Shown here: one piece after another, positions 30,682 to 38,429 of the stretch | Layout: every line of letters begins with the position of its first letter | Position numbering within the stretch: position 1 is the stretch's first letter | From: Planctomycetota bacterium | Lineage (GTDB): Bacteria > Planctomycetota > JACOTG01 > JAJDCM01 | DNA: 64,000 nucleotides | NCBI GenBank assembly: GCA_029260825.1 | Contig: JAJDCM010000102.1 | Coordinates: 3,447 to 67,446, forward strand | Direction of reading: 5' to 3' | The notes under the pieces: generated by a model | Seen by the model: only the letters and a program-made list of their open reading frames with translations | Database searches by the model: none | What the model was told of the DNA's origin: nothing | Position numbers and translations under genes: made by a program

Positions 30682-31676
30682 AAGAGAGTCTTGATCCATC
30701 CGGAAAGATGACCCGCGATCTTCTCATGGACGAGGGCCGAAGGATGGCCATCAAACTTGCTGGCGTTGAACTCTTCGGGGGAGAACTGATCGGGGAGCCG
30801 GGAGAGATCCAGGAACAAGATCCCGTCTTCGACGAGCTTGGACCTGATCACTCCAAAATCAGAATCCATGAACGTTCCCAGCAGGACCACTCCTAGCTTC
30901 AGCCCACGCTTGTTGGCCACTTCATTCATTCTCTGAACGTAGGCATAAGAGCTCGGCAAGACGGAGCGGTCCGACCAGAACCCCCTCGCTCTTTTTTTCG
31001 TCGCCCGGGCGAGCACATCTCTCACAAAATAGATCAGATGACTTCGACGCATCCATTTCTTCAGGACCGAATCGGCGTCGATCATTCCAGACGTCGGCGC
31101 TCGACTCGCCGTAAATCCCCACCGATCAACGCTGCCCGTCCGCTCAAGGTCAAAGTCAGAAGGAATCAACGCAAGGAGAAAGAGATCGGGTTCTACCGAT
31201 GTGGTGCGGTGCTCAAGGGTTGCCGCCATCTCCTTTACGCTGTATGCCGAAACCCCGAAGTTCAGAACCGAAACATCGCCCGCCTCTCGCTCTCGGTCCA
31301 GCGCTTCTTCAAGTCGGACACAGAAGGTATCCTCTGTGTTCTCAACCCCCTCTCCAAACGTGACCGAATCGCCAAGAACCGCAATCCGATACTCATCAGG
31401 AGACTTCTTGGGAACCGGCTTTCCAGGCTCAACGGAACGCAAACCGAGTTCATCGGTATGAATCTTGGCTCCGCCTCGGGCCAAAACATTTGAGAGATTC
31501 GGCTGATGCACGTAGGGGATCTCATCCGACTCTCCAAACTGACGGTAAATCGGATCATAGATGTAGTGGCTCGAATAGCCCGAAAATCGAATCACCATCT
31601 CGCTCCCGATCATTCCAAGCAGGAGACAAAACGTCATATACAAGAAACGATTTCGCCAGGTGCTCATGAGCTCCAT
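30651..31676 (-). CDS. SGNH/GDSL-family hydrolase (esterase or acyltransferase-like), membrane anchored
   Basis: Has a TM at the N-terminus. Block I is IAVLGDSVTFG and the catalytic block near the C-terminus is FDGHPS (DxxH). Confidence 0.6.
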   Translation of the reverse strand: MELMSTWRNRFLYMTFCLLLGMIGSEMVIRFSGYSSHYIYDPIYRQFGESDEIPYVHQPNLSNVLARGGAKIHTDELGLRSVEPGKPVPKKSPDEYRIAVLGDSVTFGEGVENTEDTFCVRLEEALDREREAGDVSVLNFGVSAYSVKEMAATLEHRTTSVEPDLFLLALIPSDFDLERTGSVDRWGFTASRAPTSGMIDADSVLKKWMRRSHLIYFVRDVLARATKKRARGFWSDRSVLPSSYAYVQRMNEVANKRGLKLGVVLLGTFMDSDFGVIRSKLVEDGILFLDLSRLPDQFSPEEFNASKFDGHPSALVHEKIAGHLSGWIKTLFQDPSSFSGS

Positions 31677-31988
31677 CCAGTAAGAGGCCGCCGGTCCGAA
31701 AAATATCGACTATCCATCTTGATCGACAGGCCGCTTTCCGGCCTTGAGACATTACCCGAACTTTCAAGTTGAACCGCTCCCGAGTGGGTTTGATCGTCGG
31801 CAAGCCTTTCCGATGTCAAATTTTCAGCTGTGAAGAGTGACGCTGGCCATATTCGCGTAGAATGTGTTTGCCGATTGTGATCGACGGCGGTCGTTGGGAG
31901 ATGTCACGAAATAACCGGGGGAATGCGGACGAATCTTTAGGCCCCATACCGGCTCCTTGAATGCAGCCCCCCTCGGAAAGCCAATACC

Positions 31989-33173
31989 ATGAGAGTTCTC
32001 TTTGTCGTCAATAAGTGCAAGGTTCAGACGATGAACTACGTACGATCGGTTGCTCGGGGTTGTGAACAGAGTGCCGCACTCGTTACCTACCCGGGCCACC
32101 CAAATGTCCACAACTGGGATCTCCTGGTCGAAGATCAGCACCTTCCGAAGGTGAGCCTGCTTCATTCTGATTCTGTTCGAGATGAAGACATCGATCTTGA
32201 GAAGTTCGAGCAGGAGCTGAGAGCAGCAATCGCAGACCTGAACCCGCAGGTGATTCATGTGTTGTTTTATTTGCACGATCACATCGTGTTGCGCGTCCGA
32301 TCGGTCCTGGATGATCTTGGGCATCGAGCCGCACTGATCTACGAGACCCGGGACCCGACCGGAGTGATGCCCCGTGACCTTCCCGAACGTGAGGCGATCG
32401 AGGCGAGCGATGGATACATCTTTGTTTCCGAGGAGATCTACAATTATTTCTTTAACCGATATCTGATCGAACCCCGCCCGTATCTGGTGATCAGACAGTC
32501 GGAGTTCTATGCCAGGCGGGACGAGCTTCCGAAGAAAAGGTCCGATGAGGACGGAATGACCCACGTCTCACTTCTGGGAACCTTCAGGGGCAATCCCGAA
32601 AACTCAAGACACTACGAGGAGTACATTCAAGCCTTCCTCCGCGGGACAAAAGACACCGTGCTTCATGCGTTTTCGCACCGGCCCCAGGACTACCTCGATC
32701 GACTCGAGACCGAATTTGAAGGGCGATGCATCAACCACAACCCCCATGGCCCGACCATGGACCCGCGCCAGAATTGGCACTACACTTCGACCATCGGCAC
32801 CTTCGATTTCAACCTTGTCGCTCATTCGTTGTGGCGCCCCAAGAACTCACGAGAAATGCTGCGCTACTGCAACCCGACCAAGGCGACGAGCCCGTTGATC
32901 CTGGCCGACCTGCCGTTGATATGTAATACACATTATTCGGGCACCGTCGAGATCATCGAGGAGTTCGGCTGCGGCCATGTCTTTCGGGACTGGTCCGAAC
33001 TGAACCAACTGTTCCAGGAAAAGCACCGCTGGGCATCCATGCAGGAAGGGGCAAGGGCTGCGGCCAAAGCACTCTGTCACGAAGCTCAGTCGGAAAAGGT
33101 CCTCGATTTCTATCGAAGTATCTACAGAACCTTGCCCGCAACGTTGAGACCATCGAAGAACAATCCCGAGTAG
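31989..33173 (+). CDS. GT-B fold glycosyltransferase (GT4-like), divergent
   Basis: Has an MRVLFVV start and a C-terminal YSGTVEIIEEFGCGHVF that resembles the GT4 E-x7-E donor-binding block. Weak overall. Confidence 0.45.
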   Translation: MRVLFVVNKCKVQTMNYVRSVARGCEQSAALVTYPGHPNVHNWDLLVEDQHLPKVSLLHSDSVRDEDIDLEKFEQELRAAIADLNPQVIHVLFYLHDHIVLRVRSVLDDLGHRAALIYETRDPTGVMPRDLPEREAIEASDGYIFVSEEIYNYFFNRYLIEPRPYLVIRQSEFYARRDELPKKRSDEDGMTHVSLLGTFRGNPENSRHYEEYIQAFLRGTKDTVLHAFSHRPQDYLDRLETEFEGRCINHNPHGPTMDPRQNWHYTSTIGTFDFNLVAHSLWRPKNSREMLRYCNPTKATSPLILADLPLICNTHYSGTVEIIEEFGCGHVFRDWSELNQLFQEKHRWASMQEGARAAAKALCHEAQSEKVLDFYRSIYRTLPATLRPSKNNPE

Positions 33174-33192
33174 CGGCCTCGCAGGAAATTTC

Positions 33193-33939
33193 ATGTTCAT
33201 CACAGACAGATTCGTATTTCTGCATCTGCCCAAGACTGGCGGCACTTTCGTTTCAACGGTCTTGAGAGACCTGATGTCGCGAACGGGGAATTCATTCCTG
33301 GAGATTGAAAAGCACGGTGGAAGGCGCGACATTCCGGCTCAGTATCGTGACCTACCTGTTTTTGGGTGCGTCCGGAACCCGTTTGATCTCAAGGTCTCAA
33401 GATACTGCTACGGGTGGTGGAAGAAGAACCTTGATGAGGAAGAGATGGCAAGAGGCAGAGCGAGCTTTGCACATTTCCCCGACTTGGATTTTGTCGAGTT
33501 TATCGACTGGTCCGATACCTGCTGCCCCTGGGTGGCTGAGGCGGTAGAACGGAATCGCTCCGTCGGAACGCTAGGAAGAGAATCGATTCGATTTGTTTTT
33601 CACTACCATCTGGAGCCAAATGCGTTCTTCGGTGCGTGGACGGAATCGACCCTGACTACGATCAGCAGGGCCGAGGTTCTTCCTGGCTTGACCCTACTTG
33701 ACACGGAAAATCTGAACAAGGAACTGGAGACTTTCCTGCTCGGCTGTCAATACGACGAAGCGGTCGTCGGGGAGCTTTGCCGTCGAGGTCGAATCGTCCC
33801 GCCCGGAGGACAAAGAACCAAGGAGGATTCCTGGCAGAAGTATTTCACACCCGAAGTCAGGGAACGGTTTCGTAAGAAGGAGCGCCTGCTGTTCAAGCTG
33901 TTCCCCGAATTTGACTCAGCTGGACCGGACTCACGATAG
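33193..33939 (+). CDS. Sulfotransferase family protein
   Basis: The FLHLPKTGGTF motif is the 5'-PSB (PAPS phosphate-binding) motif of the carbohydrate sulfotransferase family. Confidence 0.6.
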   Translation: MFITDRFVFLHLPKTGGTFVSTVLRDLMSRTGNSFLEIEKHGGRRDIPAQYRDLPVFGCVRNPFDLKVSRYCYGWWKKNLDEEEMARGRASFAHFPDLDFVEFIDWSDTCCPWVAEAVERNRSVGTLGRESIRFVFHYHLEPNAFFGAWTESTLTTISRAEVLPGLTLLDTENLNKELETFLLGCQYDEAVVGELCRRGRIVPPGGQRTKEDSWQKYFTPEVRERFRKKERLLFKLFPEFDSAGPDSR

Positions 33940-34734
33940 AGCTTTCCGCCGCATCGCCTCATAAACTTGACCTGCAGAATGCGAAACCATGAGGGCTAGG
34001 GAATATGCCAGCCCCATCAGCCCATCCTCCTGGTAGGCTTGCCGGTGGGATCGGTCCGATGCCTTCAACGGAATTTCGTGTGCCTTTGCGATCGCCTTGC
34101 CGACTCCGTAGCAAAAACTACTGCGCAGGTCGGACCAAAGGGTCAGGGGAGCGTGTTTGATCCGGCAACTCTCTACGCTCACGATGCGGATACCGGCCGC
34201 CCGAATGCGATGATCGAGGTCGGCATCTTCTTTCCAAAGAAGCCGGCCGTCGAAGAAGTAGCCCCCGATCCGCTTTGCGATTTTCCGGGACACGACCAGA
34301 GGTGGCTTGTAGGCATTGAGCCCTGACCCTTGACGACGGGTTCGAGATCGAGCCACAAGAGCACTGCTCCAGGTACGACCCGGATCGAATTCCACCAGGC
34401 CCTTGTAGACTTCATTCTCAGAAGATCCCCGGGATATTGCCGTCAGCATGCTCTCAATGGCACCAGGTGCGAATAGACAATCAGAGTCCATCAGCAGAAC
34501 ATGATCGTGTTCTGCTTTCTGGATGGCATGTTCCAGAGCCCGAGCCAGATGCGCATCGGGAAGCTCTTCGAGACGGAGACGGTCGGGAAAAGTCTCTTCG
34601 AGGTGTTTGCGGAAATGAGCTGGGCTTCCATTCAGGCAAACCAGAATTTCAACGGGGAGCCCAACAGGGATGGACCGGATACAGTCCTCAAGGCGCGGAT
34701 CATCCCGGCAGGGGATTGCGATACTCAGGCTCAT
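33931..34734 (-). CDS. Glycosyltransferase family 2
   Basis: Has SIAIPCRDD, LLMDSDC (DxD), and a GT-A fold pattern. It overlaps the next gene by 4 nt. Confidence 0.65.
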   Translation of the reverse strand: MSLSIAIPCRDDPRLEDCIRSIPVGLPVEILVCLNGSPAHFRKHLEETFPDRLRLEELPDAHLARALEHAIQKAEHDHVLLMDSDCLFAPGAIESMLTAISRGSSENEVYKGLVEFDPGRTWSSALVARSRTRRQGSGLNAYKPPLVVSRKIAKRIGGYFFDGRLLWKEDADLDHRIRAAGIRIVSVESCRIKHAPLTLWSDLRSSFCYGVGKAIAKAHEIPLKASDRSHRQAYQEDGLMGLAYSLALMVSHSAGQVYEAMRRKALS

Positions 34735-35519
34735 ACTGCCTCGCCAAGCTTCTTCCGATAGCGCTCTTTTCCCGCAGCCACCAGCGACTCCGGGTCGAGC
34801 TGAGCCTGGGTAAAGAGTCCGGGTTGCTGCTTGCCAAGCAAGGAAATCACTTCAAGATAAGTTTGAGAATCTCTCCATGAACTCGTCCCTGTAAGGCTCC
34901 TGGCGTGCACGCGATAATCGGCCAGAACTCCGGAGATTCTGCGGAGCGGATACCTGGCGGCGATTCGCAACCACAGCTCATAATCGGAACCGCGAGTGAG
35001 CTGCGGGTTGAATCCACCAGCGGTAGTGATGATTTTGCGGGGAATCATCACCGTGAGGGTCCCGATCACATTGCGCTTGAGCAGGCGTTGGAGGTTGTGG
35101 TCACCGCCGTGGCTACTGGTCTTGGCAACCTGCCACGCACCGGTTTTTGAGCGCCGAGAAATGCTGTAGTCGGTGAAGCAAAGGCCCAGTTCGGGAAACT
35201 TCTCAAACAGGTCCACCTGCCTGGCAATTTTCTCCGGATGCCACCAATCATCGGCGTCGAGAAAGGCAACGTAGCGGCCGTGCGCCTCGGACAGAGCGAG
35301 GTTGCGTGCAAATGCTACGCCCTTTCCTGGGGTCTCCAGAACGCGAATCCGGGAGCCAAACGATGCAAGCAGGCTTTTGGTTTCGTCCCTCGATCCATCG
35401 TCAACCACCAGAACCTCAACCGAATTGAAAGTCTGAGACAGGGCCGATTCGACGGCCGCTCCAACCCACTCGGCTCGATCTCGCGTGGGAATGATGCAAC
35501 TGACCTCTACCCGGCTCAC
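34731..35519 (-). CDS. Glycosyltransferase family 2
   Basis: Has SCIIPTRDR, VLVVDDGSRDET, and FLDADDWWHPEK, the classic GT2 signature. Confidence 0.85.
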   Translation of the reverse strand: MSRVEVSCIIPTRDRAEWVGAAVESALSQTFNSVEVLVVDDGSRDETKSLLASFGSRIRVLETPGKGVAFARNLALSEAHGRYVAFLDADDWWHPEKIARQVDLFEKFPELGLCFTDYSISRRSKTGAWQVAKTSSHGGDHNLQRLLKRNVIGTLTVMIPRKIITTAGGFNPQLTRGSDYELWLRIAARYPLRRISGVLADYRVHARSLTGTSSWRDSQTYLEVISLLGKQQPGLFTQAQLDPESLVAAGKERYRKKLGEAV

Positions 35520-36385
35520 TTCCGATAACCCCCTTCGCGCAATCGAGACTCCATTTCCTGGTCCACGGTTTTTCCGTGCGCCAGTTTAAAAGAGCCTTCC
35601 GGAGCGATGAAATAGACAATTGACAGCCGTGCTCCGATCTTTCGGGGCGGGTGAACGACGCGGTGTCGACAGGATCGAATCCGTCCATGGGAATCGGCAG
35701 CCAGCAGATCTCCGGCGATGGCGACAATCCCTTCAGAAGAGGGAGTGGGTTGCCACCAGTTTCCCTGAGAGTCTTCGACCTCAAGACCCGGTGCGGAAGC
35801 TCCTAGAAGCAAGGTAAAGAGGTCGAAATCACAGTGAGCCAAAAAGCGCTCTTTGCTGGTAGTCGGAGTTTGGGCTGGATAGTAGTTGAAGCGCAGAACC
35901 GCATCGTCGGAACCCAGAAGAGATGCATAGCGACCCTTTGTATCCAGAGCGGCGTCAAGGCCCAGGGCTACTCGACGCGCCAGTTTGTCCAGGCCCTCGA
36001 TCAGGGCAAAGGCCGCTTCCCCGAACTCCGGGACCTCCTCGGGAAGGAGGTTTTCATGACGATGCCCCCCACGTCTGACATGCCAGGCCTCCTTTTGTCC
36101 TGTGGGGAGAAATCCGTCGGCGCGTGGCTTCTGCAGGGGAAAGTACCCCCGTTGTGAACCATCAAGGGGTCCGGCCCAGCGTAGCTTCTGCTCGAGAGGC
36201 AAGGCAAAAGTTCGGAGCCCCATCTCGATGGCAGCTTGAATCACCGAGTTGTTGAGACCGTGCTCCTCGATGACCGCAAAACTCTGCTGGAGAAGCTTGG
36301 CTCCAAGGGCAACGTGTCCATCGCGTTCGAGCTGGACCGGATCCGTGGGCGAGAACGGTGGATTCGGTGGAAGTGGCACGGTCAT
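35516..36385 (-). CDS. 2-oxoglutarate/Fe(II)-dependent oxygenase (isopenicillin-N-synthase-like)
   Basis: Has an HxD...H triad, HCDFDLFTLL followed by GRIRSCRHRVV, and an N-terminal DIOX_N-like region. Confidence 0.65.
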   Translation of the reverse strand: MTVPLPPNPPFSPTDPVQLERDGHVALGAKLLQQSFAVIEEHGLNNSVIQAAIEMGLRTFALPLEQKLRWAGPLDGSQRGYFPLQKPRADGFLPTGQKEAWHVRRGGHRHENLLPEEVPEFGEAAFALIEGLDKLARRVALGLDAALDTKGRYASLLGSDDAVLRFNYYPAQTPTTSKERFLAHCDFDLFTLLLGASAPGLEVEDSQGNWWQPTPSSEGIVAIAGDLLAADSHGRIRSCRHRVVHPPRKIGARLSIVYFIAPEGSFKLAHGKTVDQEMESRLREGGYRK

Positions 36386-36852
36386 TCGGAGTAGGTCGAG
36401 CTGAGAGTTTCGGTTGCGGCAAGGTGTGCAGTCGTCAGCTCTGCGTTTTCAAGAGGAAGCTGTTTCTTGATGAGCTTGTAAAAATACTCGACCAGGCCTT
36501 CAACGGTGGGGTTGAAATCAACGGTGTAAACTTTGTCTGCGATCTTCGCTTCGCTGCAAAGCTGGTGAAGTTGATCGTAGATCGGGTCTTGCCGCCAGAT
36601 GATGAAAGAGTGGTCGACGGCGTCGATCATGGGTTTGACAAGCCGGGTCAGCTCGTTGGTGTCGAAGATGGTTCGGTGTTCATTCAGGGGCTTTGTTGCG
36701 GTGACAACCAGCCTGAGACGCCAGGTGTGACCGTGAAGAGTCTCCTCTTTCATGTTGCTGAAACCGAGGGCTCGGTGCCCCGCATCGAAACGAAACGTCT
36801 TCTCAATCGTCACAGGCATCGTATGAGCTCCCCAATCTTCCTCTGAAGCCAC
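36382..36852 (-). CDS. 6-pyruvoyl-tetrahydropterin synthase/QueD-family protein (non-canonical)
   Basis: Has FRFDAGHRAL and ETLHGHTWRLRLVV (His triad) plus ...DHSFI. The catalytic Cys normally upstream of HGH is not evident. It overlaps both neighbours. Confidence 0.65.
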   Translation of the reverse strand: MASEEDWGAHTMPVTIEKTFRFDAGHRALGFSNMKEETLHGHTWRLRLVVTATKPLNEHRTIFDTNELTRLVKPMIDAVDHSFIIWRQDPIYDQLHQLCSEAKIADKVYTVDFNPTVEGLVEYFYKLIKKQLPLENAELTTAHLAATETLSSTYSE

Positions 36853-38120
36853 TCTCCACGAGATGAAGAGGTTTCTGTAGCACTTTCAATCAATAAGTCC
36901 AAGGTCTGGTCCCCGATTCGTTGGAAACTCGCCGGATCTTTGGGAAGGGGAGCTGGGGCCAACGCCTCGTACGTGTACGTCGGAACGGGTTGCTCGGAAT
37001 AGACTCTGGGAAGTTCGGGGGTATTCCCCGCTTGCAAGCTGCTCACTTGCTGGCGCAGGAGCTTCCGCAACCGCGCGACTCCCCGGTCTGAACTCAAGAG
37101 ATGTTCATTCGCGTGGATGGCGATCGGACCCTGGCCAATCATTGCCTCGTAGTCGCCAGGGGACCTCTGGCGGTCTTCTGGAGCTGCGGGGGTCTGTCCC
37201 GAAAAGTCGACTTTCTCCAGGCCGATCTCCTCTCGATTCCCCTGCCCGTGGGGATCGAGACGGGTGTTGAAGTGCCGAAAACCAATGACCCACGATCGGG
37301 TCGTGTCTGACGGAACGACCCAACGGGTTGCCCAGGCTCCTAGCAGCAGTCGCTCTTCTTCTCCCGTTTCGAATGCGGGAGGGTACTGGGCAACGTTGGG
37401 AAAGATCACATCCGCAGCCCGCATCCAGAGGCGTCCTTCTGCATAGCGTGTCGAATTGACAACGATTCCAAGCGGGGTGTTTGCAAAGCTCAACAGGGGA
37501 AGTTCGCTAAAACCCGGCGTGAATTGAACGCCACTCACCCGTCCGTGCAGAAACGGAATGTGCATGGGATCTGCCGTGTTCTCGTGAATCTGGAGCCAGT
37601 TACACGCATAACTCAGCTTGAAGGGAACCAGCTCGGTATCCGAAGTTGCGGACCAAGAGTCATAAATCGGGAAGGTGGGACGCTCGTCTTGAGGACCCAG
37701 ATACGCAAAGATCAACCCGGAGTACTCAAGAGTCGGGTAGGCTCCTTGACAGGCATTGCGACGAACTGGATTGTCCGGCTGAGCGGGAGTTTCGAGAATT
37801 CGTCCGTCAACATCGTAGAGCCAGCCGTGGTAACAACAGCGAAGGCCGCGCTCGCTCACGATCCCGAACTCGAGTGAAGTTCCTCGGTGGGCACAGTGAC
37901 GAAAAAGTAGCCCCAGCTCTCCCCTCTTATCTCGAAAAAGGACGAGATCTTCTCCAAGGACCCGCAACGGCAAGGGAACCCCTGCGAGTTCTTCCGTCAA
38001 GGCGATGGGATGCCAGAATCGGCGCAAGTACTCACCACAGGGCGTTCCCCGGGCCACATGAGTCAGCTCCACATCTTCTTGAGTCGAAAGAGGTTGGTTG
38101 TATCCATCGAGAGTGTTCAT
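36810..38120 (-). CDS. Rieske [2Fe-2S] non-heme iron oxygenase alpha subunit
   Basis: Has the Rieske motif CAHRGTSL...CCYHGW, followed by a catalytic domain of about 280 aa. Confidence 0.8.
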   Translation of the reverse strand: MNTLDGYNQPLSTQEDVELTHVARGTPCGEYLRRFWHPIALTEELAGVPLPLRVLGEDLVLFRDKRGELGLLFRHCAHRGTSLEFGIVSERGLRCCYHGWLYDVDGRILETPAQPDNPVRRNACQGAYPTLEYSGLIFAYLGPQDERPTFPIYDSWSATSDTELVPFKLSYACNWLQIHENTADPMHIPFLHGRVSGVQFTPGFSELPLLSFANTPLGIVVNSTRYAEGRLWMRAADVIFPNVAQYPPAFETGEEERLLLGAWATRWVVPSDTTRSWVIGFRHFNTRLDPHGQGNREEIGLEKVDFSGQTPAAPEDRQRSPGDYEAMIGQGPIAIHANEHLLSSDRGVARLRKLLRQQVSSLQAGNTPELPRVYSEQPVPTYTYEALAPAPLPKDPASFQRIGDQTLDLLIESATETSSSRGEWLQRKIGELIRCL

Positions 38121-38429
38121 TGGTCGAATCAGACTACCATCATCTAGAAATTGAGGGTAATGTTTCCTTTAGGTACAAAGACTTGCTGCAAAAGATGTTG
38201 GGGGCCAGCAAAACCGGAAACGTGGGGAGAAATTCAAAGCCGGCCATTTCGACCCCGTCCGATCCAGGTCGAAGCTTGGGACCGCCTTCGGTCACAATTG
38301 GCTGCGTCACCAGCGAAGGTCGAGAACCTGATTCGTGGAGATTTGCCCGTCTTGACTTCCGAATCGGCCTATCCCACTATGACCCATCGTAACGACTCAG
38401 CCTAATGACCTCTGACTTCAGGACTCGCC

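Noticed and set aside
31038-31493. 151-aa plus-strand ORF inside the SGNH hydrolase gene.
   Set aside because: It is antisense to a gene with clear GDSL/DxxH motifs and has no features of its own.
31824-32564. 246-aa minus-strand ORF spanning the divergent intergenic region and the 5' end of the GT gene.
   Set aside because: It overlaps the better-supported glycosyltransferase start (MRVLFVV) and has no motifs. It would eliminate the promoter region for both divergent genes.
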